Below, piece by piece: positions 47,280-57,348 of a DNA stretch of 64,000 bases; the stretch's first letter is position 1; each line of letters begins with the position of its first letter. Position numbers and translations under genes: made by a program. The DNA comes from Rubripirellula sp. (GTDB lineage: Bacteria > Planctomycetota > Planctomycetia > Pirellulales > Pirellulaceae), in contig OZ244207.1 in assembly GCA_965216875.1 (NCBI GenBank), positions 1,056,001 to 1,120,000 of the forward strand, read 5' to 3'. The notes beneath the pieces were generated by a model that saw nothing but the letters and a program-made list of their open reading frames with translations, had not been told where the DNA came from and searched no databases.

Positions 47280-48527
47280 CTATCGGATCAAGTACATCAG
47301 CGGGAACAGGTAAATCCAAATCAAGTCGACAAGGTGCCAGTACAATCCGACGTAGTCGACGGGGCCGAAGTACTGTCGGTTAAAGTCCTTGCGAACCGAG
47401 CGGATCAGCAACCAAACCATGACGATGATACCGCCGATGATGTGGATCGCGTGGACACCGGTCATGCAGTAGTAAATTCCAAAGAAGACACCGGCGCGAC
47501 TCGGGGTCAGCACGTCTTCGTCAATCCGAGAGATCGCACCTGAGATTTCGTCCTTGTTGTAGACGATCGATCCACTTGCGTTGGCAGCTTGACGCTCAAG
47601 TGCGGCAATCTCGCTTTGAAGGCCGGAGTTGGTCGCTTCGCCAGCCAAGCGTTCTTTCACGGCAAAGTCGACTCCACCCGCTGCGGCTGCAGGCGCCGCT
47701 GCGTGTTCGGTCGCGTGCCCAGAGTCGTCATCGGCGTGACTTTCTTCCGATGCGTGTTCGTGGTCACCGTCATCGTCATGAGCGTGGCCATCGCCATCAG
47801 CATGTCCATCGCCATCCACGTGAGCGTGTTCAGCACCGTGAGCCGCGTGACCTTCGTCACCGCCGCTTTCGAGAACCATGCCGAGCCCAACGCCAACAAA
47901 GAAGCAAAGGGCGACGACCGTCAGAGGCTTGGCACACTCTTGGTGAAACTTGTTGCCGTTGATGTAGGAAACAACGAGCCAAATGATGGTGCCAATCGCA
48001 ACCAAGGCAAACGGTATGCAGATGTAGGTCAGGAAAGGCGGCCCGTCCGTCGGATGCGGGTTTGCTGGGTTGTAGGAGAACAGACCAGCAGGCAGCAGAC
48101 CCATGGTCCACTTGTGCGAGTATTCGATGGCTTTGACACCGAGGAAGATCATCGCACACGAGAGGGTCGTGGCGAGCATCGCGGTGGTGACCTTGTGCTG
48201 TTCGAGCTGCGAACTGCGTACGGCCCACGCCATGGTCAGCGAGCTGAACAGCAGGACCCCGGTGTTGATCGCACCGAGTTTGGTGTTCAAGAACTCACTG
48301 CAACCTTCGAACACGTCTGGACGCATCATGCGGAAGATCGCGTAGGCGCAAAACATGCCACTGAAGAACAAAACTTCCGTGACGAGGAACAACCAGATCC
48401 CCAGCTTTCCACTATCAAACTGTTGTTCGGGAGTGTCAAAGTGGTGAGCGAGCCACTCGGGATGATCGTGATGATCATCGTGGCTGTCGTGAGCTTGGGT
48501 ATCCGCGCTGGCTTCGGTCGTGGCCAT
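47280..48527 (-). CDS. ctaE: Cytochrome c oxidase subunit III with large insertion
   Basis: GIWLFLVTE..FF, NT.VLL.SS.TM, YYCMTGVHAIH and GLYWHLVDLIW. Confidence 0.93.
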   Translation of the reverse strand: MATTEASADTQAHDSHDDHHDHPEWLAHHFDTPEQQFDSGKLGIWLFLVTEVLFFSGMFCAYAIFRMMRPDVFEGCSEFLNTKLGAINTGVLLFSSLTMAWAVRSSQLEQHKVTTAMLATTLSCAMIFLGVKAIEYSHKWTMGLLPAGLFSYNPANPHPTDGPPFLTYICIPFALVAIGTIIWLVVSYINGNKFHQECAKPLTVVALCFFVGVGLGMVLESGGDEGHAAHGAEHAHVDGDGHADGDGHAHDDDGDHEHASEESHADDDSGHATEHAAAPAAAAGGVDFAVKERLAGEATNSGLQSEIAALERQAANASGSIVYNKDEISGAISRIDEDVLTPSRAGVFFGIYYCMTGVHAIHIIGGIIVMVWLLIRSVRKDFNRQYFGPVDYVGLYWHLVDLIWIYLFPLMYLIR

Positions 48528-48598
48528 GGATGTCAAAGTTACTGAAAGGAAAACGTTTAGTTCAATAAAGGCGATTGCTCGCCAGATTCTCTATCTGC

Positions 48599-50332
48599 TT
48601 AGCTGTCTGAATCAGCGTGAGCTGGCTGTTCGGCCGGCTGCTCTTCAGGAGCGATCTTGCGCTCGGGTTCCACGAAGACGTAGCGTTCGTTTTCGTTGTC
48701 CCAAAGCAGGTCATCAAAGTCGTACGGGTCGCCCACTGCAGGTGCACGTTCGAAATTGTAGAACGGCGGAGGACTGGTGCAGTGCCACTCGAGCGTTGCA
48801 CCACCCCATGGGTTGGCAGGAGCCTTTTTGCCGCGTAGCAGCGATTGGATCAACACGATCAGTGCCACAAGCAGGCCAACACCGAGGGTGAACGCGCCCC
48901 AGGAGCTGATCACGTGCAGGGTCTGGAATTCGGGGTCATAGGTCGCATATCGGCGAGGCATCCCGCGGCTTCCCAGAAGGAACTGTGGCAGGAAGGTCAT
49001 GTTGAATCCGATGAACACGATCACAGCCGAGACACGGCCGCCAAATTCGCTGTACATCTTGCCGAACATCTTCGGCCACCAGTGGAAGACGCCACCAAGG
49101 AAGGCGACGAGGGTTCCGCCGACCATCACGTAGTGGAAGTGAGCCACAACAAAGTAGGTGTCGTGCAGGTGCATGTCGGTCGCAAGCGTACCGAGGTGCA
49201 AGCCGGTCAAACCACCGATCGTGAACAGGAAGATGAACGAGATGGTGTAGCACATCGGCGTCGTCAGACTGATCGAGCCTTTGTACATCGTTGCGATCCA
49301 GTTAAACACCTTGATCGCCGACGGCACCGAAACGGTAAAGGTCAAAGCACTGAAGATCAAAGTCGTCAGAGTGCCCATGCCAGCGGTGAACATGTGGTGG
49401 CCCCAAACCAGGAAGCCAAGCAATGCAATCGCAAGCGAAGAGTAGGCGATGAAGCGGTATCCGAAGATGTGCTTGTGACTGTGGACGCTGACCAAGTCAC
49501 TGATCACACCAAAGGCCGGCAGAATCATGATGTACACAGCGGGGTGACTGTAGAACCAGAAGAAGTGCTGGAACGTCACCGGGTCGCCGTTGAATTCAGG
49601 ATCGAAGATCCCGATGTGCATCGTTCGCTCTGCGATCAAGAGCAGAAGCGTGATACCCAAAACAGGTGTTGCGAGGATCTGGATGATGCTGGTCGAGTAG
49701 GTCGCCCACAAGAACAGTGGCATGCGGAACCAGGTCATTCCTGGCGGACGCATGGTGTTGATCGTCACAACGAAGTTCAGGCCGGTGAAGATCGAGCTGA
49801 ATCCGAGGATGAACGCACCCAAGGTCGCGGCAATCACCGACGTGTCGGTCGTCGTACTGTACGGCGTGTAGAACGTCCAACCCGTATCGAGGCTACTTGC
49901 GAACAGGGCGGCAACAAAGAAGATCGCCCCGAACATCCAGAGGTAGAAACTACATAAGTTCAACCTCGGAAAGGCGACGTCCTTGGCCCCGAGCATCACC
50001 GGCACCAAGAAGTTACCCAAAGCTGCGGGAATACTTGGAATGATGAACAGGAACACCATGATCGCACCGTGCAATGTAAAGACACGGTTGTAGGCGTCGT
50101 TGGACATCGGTCCATCGGGCTGCATCAATTGCAGACGAATGCCGAGTGCCAGCAAGCCAGCGAATGCGAACGCCGAAGTCACACCGATCAGGTACATGAC
50201 TCCGATTCGCTTATGGTCAAGCGTGAACATCCAACTGAGGAACCCTTTCGAGTTCGTCAGGTAGTTTTCGCTTGCGGTCGGATAACCGGGATCACGAATG
50301 GTCGCATTCGAGGGTAGGGATCCGGCAGACAT
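48599..50332 (-). CDS. ctaD: Cytochrome c oxidase subunit I, type A2
   Basis: [15 protein letters not shown] (YS = A2 signature), WGHHMF, AHFHYV and GMPRRY. Confidence 0.97.
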   Translation of the reverse strand: MSAGSLPSNATIRDPGYPTASENYLTNSKGFLSWMFTLDHKRIGVMYLIGVTSAFAFAGLLALGIRLQLMQPDGPMSNDAYNRVFTLHGAIMVFLFIIPSIPAALGNFLVPVMLGAKDVAFPRLNLCSFYLWMFGAIFFVAALFASSLDTGWTFYTPYSTTTDTSVIAATLGAFILGFSSIFTGLNFVVTINTMRPPGMTWFRMPLFLWATYSTSIIQILATPVLGITLLLLIAERTMHIGIFDPEFNGDPVTFQHFFWFYSHPAVYIMILPAFGVISDLVSVHSHKHIFGYRFIAYSSLAIALLGFLVWGHHMFTAGMGTLTTLIFSALTFTVSVPSAIKVFNWIATMYKGSISLTTPMCYTISFIFLFTIGGLTGLHLGTLATDMHLHDTYFVVAHFHYVMVGGTLVAFLGGVFHWWPKMFGKMYSEFGGRVSAVIVFIGFNMTFLPQFLLGSRGMPRRYATYDPEFQTLHVISSWGAFTLGVGLLVALIVLIQSLLRGKKAPANPWGGATLEWHCTSPPPFYNFERAPAVGDPYDFDDLLWDNENERYVFVEPERKIAPEEQPAEQPAHADSDS

Positions 50333-50399
50333 TTTGATCAACCTCTATAAGAACGCGTGATGCGTCAGTATGTACGTTTTCTTTGGTGTTGTTTTGTAT

Positions 50400-51653
50400 T
50401 TACTCGGCCGACTCGTCTTCGGTCGATTCTGCTTCCGCTTCGGCATCGCCGTCAGCTTCGTCACCTTCGCTGTCGCCTTTGGCGTCACTGGCTTTCTCGC
50501 GATCGGACTTTGGCGTCTTGTCCGAAATCGACTTCAGGAATTCGACGAGGCAGTGCAGGTCGTCATCGCTGAGCTGTCCCTTGAAGCTAGGCATCACAGG
50601 GGCGAATCCGGCGTGGACTTTGGCTTTCGGATAGATGATCGATTCGCGGACGTAGTTTTCGTCAACGGTAACCGACTCACCGGTATCGAGAGCGTGAGTG
50701 CTGCCGAACAAGTTTTCAAACGAGGGGCCGGTACGTTTTTCGCCATCGAGTGAGTGGCAACCACCACAACCGCGACGCTCGTACAGCAGCTTGCCGTATT
50801 CGGACGGTTCCATGCCGTCGGGACGTACGCTGTAGGCCTTGATCCATGCGTTCAAGTCTTCGAGAGTCTCGTGAACGACCACAACCGTTTGCATGATCGA
50901 GTGGTCTTTGCCGCAGTACTCGGCACAGTAGAGATCGTAGAAACGATAGCCATCCGGGGTGAATTGGTGGAGATCGTAGTTCCACGACAAGCCCGTTTCT
51001 TTCGTCCAAGCTTTCCCTTCAATACTCTTCTGCCAGTCAACGGCCTCTTTGACCTGTTCGTCACTGACCTTTTCGTTCGCCTTGGTCGGTTTGAACCACA
51101 TGTAGTTGTAGCGGCCGGGGACGACGTCACGCTTTGCGCGGAATGCGGGAACGTAAAGGCTGTGGAGCACGTCGCTCGACTGCATCGTCAACTTGGTTGG
51201 TTCATTGACCAAGATGTGCAATTCGGGGTGGATCGTGCCACGACCGTAGTCCATCGCCCAGCTCCATTTTTGAGCTTTGACTTGAACTTCGTTCGCTCCA
51301 TCAGGAATGGTGCGAATGTCAAGGAAGGCGTTGGCACCGAAGATGAACATCAGGATCAAGATCAGCGAAGGGCCGATCGACCATGCGAGTTCGAGTGGCG
51401 TGTTGTGCGAAACGTTACTTTCTGCCTTCTCTCCCTTCGGCTTCTTGTACTTCACTGCGAAGTAGAACAAGCAAACCGCGATTGGGATGAAGAAGATGAT
51501 CCCGACGATCGAGATGAAGTAGTAGAGCCAATCGATATCTTTGGCAAACGACGACGCAGCCTCTGGAAAGGACGCGAACGGGTCGTTGGTCGTTTCACCT
51601 GTGGTGGTGTAATCACCGAGCAGCGAGAAAGCGTTAGGAAACAAAGCAAACAT
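50400..51653 (-). CDS. ctaC: Cytochrome c oxidase subunit II with C-terminal cytochrome c (caa3 type)
   Basis: LELAW, DVLHS, CAEYCG..HS.M CuA ligands; CGGCH...MPSF. Confidence 0.95.
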   Translation of the reverse strand: MFALFPNAFSLLGDYTTTGETTNDPFASFPEAASSFAKDIDWLYYFISIVGIIFFIPIAVCLFYFAVKYKKPKGEKAESNVSHNTPLELAWSIGPSLILILMFIFGANAFLDIRTIPDGANEVQVKAQKWSWAMDYGRGTIHPELHILVNEPTKLTMQSSDVLHSLYVPAFRAKRDVVPGRYNYMWFKPTKANEKVSDEQVKEAVDWQKSIEGKAWTKETGLSWNYDLHQFTPDGYRFYDLYCAEYCGKDHSIMQTVVVVHETLEDLNAWIKAYSVRPDGMEPSEYGKLLYERRGCGGCHSLDGEKRTGPSFENLFGSTHALDTGESVTVDENYVRESIIYPKAKVHAGFAPVMPSFKGQLSDDDLHCLVEFLKSISDKTPKSDREKASDAKGDSEGDEADGDAEAEAESTEDESAE

Positions 51654-51707
51654 GTTCCGAAATCGATAAAAGGTTTCGCAAAAGTTGAATGGGTCTTTGG
51701 AAATGCG

Positions 51708-52673
51708 TTAGGCGACACCGGGCGAGGACGTCGCCTCGGGGGAGTTCTCCCCTGGATCGTCGCCAACAGCGTCTTCCGCTAGTTGGTTGGATCCCGGTGC
51801 ACCTTTGCGGCCGATCCAGTAGGGCACCAGGCAGGCCAATACAATTCCAATCGTTGCTGCTCCGCCGAGCCGCATCAGTTTCCATGCGACCAGCGAGTAG
51901 CTGTTTGTTGATTCGTCAAAAGTCGAGCACCACAGTATGAACTGGTCGACTGCGGTGCCTACGTTGCCATCGCCCGCTTCGACAAGTGCTTTACGCATTT
52001 GTTCGGGAGGGAAATCGACAGCGAGTGAATATCGGGTGATCACGCCTTCGGGTGAGACGAATGCCAACATCGCAGGATGGTAGTATTCGCCCGATTGGCG
52101 ATCGTATCGGTAACGGAAGCCGAGTGAATCGGTCAGCTTGGTGATGATGGGTTGCTTTGCAGTGCAAAACTCCCAGGCGTCATCGATGCCAGGCTGATCT
52201 TTTCGAAGCAGGTCCGTGTATTTCTTTTTGGTTTTGAGCGCCTTGTCGGGCGTTTCGCGCGGGTCGATGCTGACGCTTAGCATTTGGAAGTCTTCGCCCG
52301 CTTTCAGCTCGAGCTTGTGCAGCGAGATCGCCAAGTTGTCGAGCTGGACGCTGCACAACATTGGGCAATCGCTGTAGTTGAGCGTCACGATTGTGGGACG
52401 TTTGCCGTCGAAGTAGTAACCCGTTTTGACTGGCCGTCCCTTCGAGTCCTTCATCGGAAGGTTCAGAGGGATTTGGCCGCCGAGCTTTTGTTCAACGGTG
52501 ACATTTTTGAGTTTGTAAGGAACCGTGTTGCTAAGAGCGACGCCTTCGCTTGACGTTGGTAGTGGCCCTTGAGCCAAAGCGCAGCGATTGCTGTCACCGG
52601 CAATCGCAACGATTGCAAGCGTGAGAGAAAAGAGCAGTGTCCGGGATTTCCCGGTCGACAGCTCAAGTTTCAT
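51708..52673 (-). CDS. SCO family copper chaperone
   Basis: CPMLC CxxxC motif, VSIDP.ET, Y.HP; C-terminal TM helix. Confidence 0.9.
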   Translation of the reverse strand: MKLELSTGKSRTLLFSLTLAIVAIAGDSNRCALAQGPLPTSSEGVALSNTVPYKLKNVTVEQKLGGQIPLNLPMKDSKGRPVKTGYYFDGKRPTIVTLNYSDCPMLCSVQLDNLAISLHKLELKAGEDFQMLSVSIDPRETPDKALKTKKKYTDLLRKDQPGIDDAWEFCTAKQPIITKLTDSLGFRYRYDRQSGEYYHPAMLAFVSPEGVITRYSLAVDFPPEQMRKALVEAGDGNVGTAVDQFILWCSTFDESTNSYSLVAWKLMRLGGAATIGIVLACLVPYWIGRKGAPGSNQLAEDAVGDDPGENSPEATSSPGVA

Positions 52674-52989
52674 CAGCGTGCTCTTCGGTTTCGTTGTGGT
52701 CATGATCTTGGCCAGCATCATCTGCCAGCAACTTGATCGCTTGGTCAATTGGAATCGTGATGTTGCCGGTGTCGGCATCGACGCCATAGCTGGAAATCGA
52801 CGCTTGCTGCTCGCTCAGGTACAGGTTTTGGCGTTGGTAGTTGCTTTGAGCCGATTTGGCTTCGTCCTGCCATTGGAGCATCGAATACGACACCACTTGA
52901 ACCGCCAAAGCGGTCACTGCGACAACAACGACCGAGATGATCCCGGCGATGAAGATTCCTTTGACGTTTAGGTCGTCGTAAGCTGCCAT
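52663..52989 (-). CDS. ActG-like small membrane subunit of alternative complex III
   Basis: 108 aa, one TM helix, IPIDQAIK; located after actF. Confidence 0.6.
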   Translation of the reverse strand: MAAYDDLNVKGIFIAGIISVVVVAVTALAVQVVSYSMLQWQDEAKSAQSNYQRQNLYLSEQQASISSYGVDADTGNITIPIDQAIKLLADDAGQDHDHNETEEHADET

Positions 52990-53046
52990 GGTTTCAGTTT
53001 GGTTTCAGTTCGCAAAATGACGGTATAGACGCGTTTCCGCGGCCTT

Positions 53047-54339
53047 TTAAATGTTCTCAAACGCGATCGATTCGCCCAGGCGTGGGTCGCGAACGGCGAT
53101 CACCTTGGTTTGTGTGGCCAGTCGTAGGATCAGACCAATCATCAGGGTGGCCATCCCCCCCGCACAAACGATTGCGGCTAGGAAACCGATCACCCCACCT
53201 GCGGTGGCGTGCACCTTTCCAAGCGAACCGCGTGCTTCGGGCATGATCATCCAGTAGACGTCCACAAAGTGCATTACAAGGATGTAGAGTCCAAAGCCAG
53301 CGACCAATGCGGGTTTTCGTCGCACGGTTCGGCTCATCGTTCCCATGAAGGGCAGCATCCAGTGCAGGAAGATCAGGACCAGGCCGAGTTTGCCCCAAAC
53401 GGCAAGTTGGCGGTTGTAGATCCATTCGGTCTCTTCGGGGATGTTGCCGTACCAAATCAGCATGTATTGGCTGTACGAGATGTAGGTCCAGAACAGGATG
53501 AACCCGAACATGTACTTGCCGAGGTCGTGGTAGTGTTCGACGGTCACTTCGTCCTTGATCGCACCGTTCTTCTGCAGCACGAATGCGGAGACCGCGATCA
53601 GGCAGTGAGCCGACAGGATCCCGCCAGCAAACATGTAGACACCGAACATGGTTGAGAACCACATTGGCGAAAGGCTCATCACCCAGTCAAAGGCGGCGAG
53701 AGTCATGCTGCCAGAGAACAAGAAGATTGCTGGACCGCTCCAGTATTGCATCCGCTCGGTTGTGGCTCGTTCACCCGTTTCGTCTTGTTCGGTGCTTCCA
53801 CGATAGAAGTAAAGTGCCAAGCCGATCCAGATTGCGAAGTAAATGATCGCTCGAAACGCGAACCAGTACTGGTTGAGCCAACGTGATTTTTCGCCCCAAG
53901 CGTCTTCGGGCAGATGGTTTTCGGCCATGTAGGTTGCGCCAGCGGCGCCGCTGTCCCAACGATAGAGCGTGCCATCGCCAAACAACAAGGTCGCGATCAC
54001 TGGCAGGAACAGGACGGCAAGTGGGATCACCATCATCATTGCCAATTCAGCAAGACGACGAACCACGGCACTCCAGCCGGCTCGCGACACGTGTTGGATC
54101 AACACGAAGAACAGCGAACCAAGTGCGATCGTCAAGCAATAGATGAACGCAACAAGGTAGACCGACATGCCAAAGTTCATGTCTCTGCCTTTGGCCACGA
54201 AGCAAGCCATCAGCCAGCCAAGTACCAAGGCAGCACCGCCTCCGATACAGAGTGGCTTCCAAAGCTTCGCTAGGTTTTCGGGCAGCTTAAAGGCTGGGTC
54301 ATCAGCCGGTTTAATCGCCGGTGCACCGTGTTCAGACAT
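53047..54339 (-). CDS. actF: Alternative complex III subunit ActF
   Basis: AGWS...RR.AE, DWVMSL.P.WFSTMFG, HDLGK and QY.LIWY.NIPEE. Confidence 0.92.
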   Translation of the reverse strand: MSEHGAPAIKPADDPAFKLPENLAKLWKPLCIGGGAALVLGWLMACFVAKGRDMNFGMSVYLVAFIYCLTIALGSLFFVLIQHVSRAGWSAVVRRLAELAMMMVIPLAVLFLPVIATLLFGDGTLYRWDSGAAGATYMAENHLPEDAWGEKSRWLNQYWFAFRAIIYFAIWIGLALYFYRGSTEQDETGERATTERMQYWSGPAIFLFSGSMTLAAFDWVMSLSPMWFSTMFGVYMFAGGILSAHCLIAVSAFVLQKNGAIKDEVTVEHYHDLGKYMFGFILFWTYISYSQYMLIWYGNIPEETEWIYNRQLAVWGKLGLVLIFLHWMLPFMGTMSRTVRRKPALVAGFGLYILVMHFVDVYWMIMPEARGSLGKVHATAGGVIGFLAAIVCAGGMATLMIGLILRLATQTKVIAVRDPRLGESIAFENI

Positions 54340-54403
54340 TTTCGTTAAGCAAAAAGTTGTTCAATAAAATGGATGTATGGTTTGCCGTAGGCAGCGTCGC
54401 CAA

Positions 54404-55819
54404 TCACTTGGCTTCGGCAGCGGCCTGTTCGGCTTTCTTGGCTTCTTCTTCGATCTGTTGCTTGATCTCAGTTTGCTTGGCTTCGATCTCAGCTCGCTGA
54501 CCTTCTGGAACCAGTTCCAAGTCGGCGTTTTGGCTCAGCTGCAACGCTCGCACGTAGGCGACGATGGCCCAGCGATCTTTGGCCTCGATCTGGCTGGCAT
54601 AGCCCGGCATCTTGCGAATCCCTTTGCTGATCGTGTTGAACAGCTTGCCATCGGGATACTTGTCGGCGTGCAGCGTTTCTTCGTAAATCTTCGAAGGCGT
54701 GATCCAAGTCGAAGCGAGGATCTTTTGAGCTCGTTGGTTCACCAAACCGTTGCCGCCACCGTTCATGCCGTGGCAGACGGAACAGTAGATGCCGAAATAC
54801 TTTTGCCCGCGGCGAAGTAATTCTTCGTCAACGTCGAGCGGGTTTTCGGTCAGCCATGGAGTGGTGTCCATGACGCTTGGTTGTTTGGCGGGTGCTGCAG
54901 GTTCAGCTTCAGCGGTGGCGTCACCTTCGTCTTGTAATTTTGCGACTAGCATTTCGGCACGGGGTGCGTCGACAGCCGCAAGTTGTTCCATGTCGATTCC
55001 GGTCAGGAAGTCGAGGTCACCATTCATTTGGCCGCGGGCAACCGTACCGGCAACATCAGGACGCATTGCACGTCCATCGGCAAACAACGTGGTGCTCATC
55101 TGCATGTCTTTTGCAGGTGAGAAATCCATGTCGGGGAAGATATGGAAACGTGGTGACGAACTGTTGGTCACGCGCATCTTGGCGACGATCAGCAGGGGCA
55201 CGACCGAAAGTGCTGCCAAGGTTCCGATGGTGAGAAACGCGGCCTTCGGCACTTTGTCGCAAGTTTCGTCGTCGACAACGGTCGAGACGTATTCGCTGCC
55301 GGTTTCGCCGAGCAACTTCTCGACATCGGCTTGGTTGTACTTTGAATCGTCGGCATCGATGTACAAGAAGAACTTGTCATCGGTGGCACGATCGAACCGC
55401 GGATCCGTAAAGATCGGGTTGCTGAACTTGGGCAACTTGTTGAGTGCCCACATTCCGAAGAAGGCTCCGAACGAAGCGAACAGGACCGTCAGCTCGAAGG
55501 CGACCGGGATAAACGCCGGCAGCGACAAGACAAAAGGCTTGCCCGAGATGATGTAGGGGTAGTTGATCGCGTTCATCCAGATCTGCATCACCAACGCGGT
55601 GGCGGTACCGGTCAATCCGGCACCCAGGCAGATAAAGGGTAACTTCGTCGGCTTGATGCCGAGTGCCTTATCGATTCCGTGAACAGGGAATGGCGTGTAC
55701 GCATCCGTTTTTTCGTAGCCCGCCTCGCGGACTTTGTTGCATGCGTCCAGCAGTGTGTCGACCGAGTCAAACTCGGCGACCATTCCGTGAACTTTCTTTT
55801 CGTTGCTATCTTCTGACAT
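54404..55819 (-). CDS. actDE: Alternative complex III ActD-ActE fusion (DUF3341 + monoheme cytochrome c)
   Basis: DAYTPFPVHG, GKP...LPAFIPVAFE, then DMDFSP, GTVARG, CSVCHG, MPGY and DRWAIVAY. Confidence 0.9.
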   Translation of the reverse strand: MSEDSNEKKVHGMVAEFDSVDTLLDACNKVREAGYEKTDAYTPFPVHGIDKALGIKPTKLPFICLGAGLTGTATALVMQIWMNAINYPYIISGKPFVLSLPAFIPVAFELTVLFASFGAFFGMWALNKLPKFSNPIFTDPRFDRATDDKFFLYIDADDSKYNQADVEKLLGETGSEYVSTVVDDETCDKVPKAAFLTIGTLAALSVVPLLIVAKMRVTNSSSPRFHIFPDMDFSPAKDMQMSTTLFADGRAMRPDVAGTVARGQMNGDLDFLTGIDMEQLAAVDAPRAEMLVAKLQDEGDATAEAEPAAPAKQPSVMDTTPWLTENPLDVDEELLRRGQKYFGIYCSVCHGMNGGGNGLVNQRAQKILASTWITPSKIYEETLHADKYPDGKLFNTISKGIRKMPGYASQIEAKDRWAIVAYVRALQLSQNADLELVPEGQRAEIEAKQTEIKQQIEEEAKKAEQAAAEAK

Positions 55820-55868
55820 GGTTACTCTCTAGGCCGCAAAGCCGTCGATCTTCTTTGCTCGCTAGTGA

Positions 55869-57272
55869 TCAGTGGTCGTTGTGTGCCATGTGGTACTGTT
55901 TCGCCAACGTTGCCTTGGTTTCCGCCATGTTGATCACCGGCATCAGTCGGCAGAACAACAGGAACAGCGTGAAGAACAAGCCGAACGAACCGATCAACAT
56001 CGACCAGTCGACCCAGGTTGGCGAGAAGTAGGCCCAAGCGCTCGGCAGGTAATCACGCGACAAGCTGGTGATCACAATCACAAAGCGTTCGAACCACATC
56101 CCGATGTTCACGAAGATCGAGATCACCACGATGATCCAAGGTGTGGTGCGGAACTTCTTGATCCAGAACAACTGGGGACTGATGACGTTACAGGTGATCA
56201 TCGTCCAGTACGCCCACCAGTAAGGTCCGAACGCACGGTTGATGAAGGCAAACTTTTCAGCAGGGACTTGGCCGTACCAAGCGATGAAGAACTCGGTGCC
56301 GTAAGCAAGACCGACGATCGAGCCGGTGGCCAAGATGATTTTGCACATGTTGTCCAAGTGCCGAATCGTGATCAGCTTCTCGAGATTCAGCATCTTGCGG
56401 GCTGGAATCATTAGGGTCAGCACCATCGCGAAACCGCTGAAGATCGCCCCGGCCACAAAGTAAGGCGGGAAGATCGTGGTGTGCCAACCTGGAACTTGCG
56501 AAACGGCAAAGTCAAACGAAACGATCGTATGCACCGAAAGAACCAGAGGTGCAGCCAGTGCGGCCAGGATCGCGTAAGCCTTTTCGTATCGCATCCAGTG
56601 TCGTGAGGAACCCGACCATCCAAGCGACAGGATGCCGTAGGCCATCCGACGCCATTTGTTTGTTGATCGATCGCGGAAGGTCGCCAAGTCAGGCACCATG
56701 CCCATGTACCAGAACAAGAGCGAAACCGTGCCGTAGGTGCTGACCGCAAAAACGTCCCAAAGCAATGGGCTGCGGAATTGAGGCCACATCCAAAGATTCA
56801 AACTTGGATAGGGTGCCAACCAGAAGGCAAGCCAAGCTCGGCCGACGTGAATCCCGGGGAAAGTACCGGCACAGGCGACCGCGAAAATCGTCATCGCCTC
56901 GGCAGCGCGGTTGATACTTGTTCGCCATTCTTGTCGGAACAGGAACAAAATCGCACTAATCAGCGTCCCCGCGTGACCGATACCGACCCAAAACACGAAG
57001 TTGACAATCGGCCAACCCCAGAAGATCGGTGAACGGTTACCCCAAACACCGACACCTGTGTAAATCAGGTAGGCGATGCAGAGGCCGAGCCATTGCAGCA
57101 ACAGGAACGAGACCAAGAATCCAAACACCCAACCTTTGCTGGGCTTTCGCTCGGCTACCTGACAAACCGCCTCGGTGATGTCGTGATACGTCGTATCACC
57201 CAACACCAGCGGAGCGCGTTCGCCCGGGCGTTCGGAGGAGTTATCCAATCCGTTGGGAATGGCAAGGGACAT
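55869..57272 (-). CDS. actC: Alternative complex III subunit ActC (NrfD/PsrC family)
   Basis: [32 protein letters not shown] and [15 protein letters not shown]. Confidence 0.95.
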   Translation of the reverse strand: MSLAIPNGLDNSSERPGERAPLVLGDTTYHDITEAVCQVAERKPSKGWVFGFLVSFLLLQWLGLCIAYLIYTGVGVWGNRSPIFWGWPIVNFVFWVGIGHAGTLISAILFLFRQEWRTSINRAAEAMTIFAVACAGTFPGIHVGRAWLAFWLAPYPSLNLWMWPQFRSPLLWDVFAVSTYGTVSLLFWYMGMVPDLATFRDRSTNKWRRMAYGILSLGWSGSSRHWMRYEKAYAILAALAAPLVLSVHTIVSFDFAVSQVPGWHTTIFPPYFVAGAIFSGFAMVLTLMIPARKMLNLEKLITIRHLDNMCKIILATGSIVGLAYGTEFFIAWYGQVPAEKFAFINRAFGPYWWAYWTMITCNVISPQLFWIKKFRTTPWIIVVISIFVNIGMWFERFVIVITSLSRDYLPSAWAYFSPTWVDWSMLIGSFGLFFTLFLLFCRLMPVINMAETKATLAKQYHMAHNDH

Positions 57273-57348
57273 AGTTTTTAGTGCTTAGAAAACTTGAAAG
57301 GTAAAAGTTTGTATTGGTGTGCGACGTCAAAGCCTGAGTGCTTCAAAC

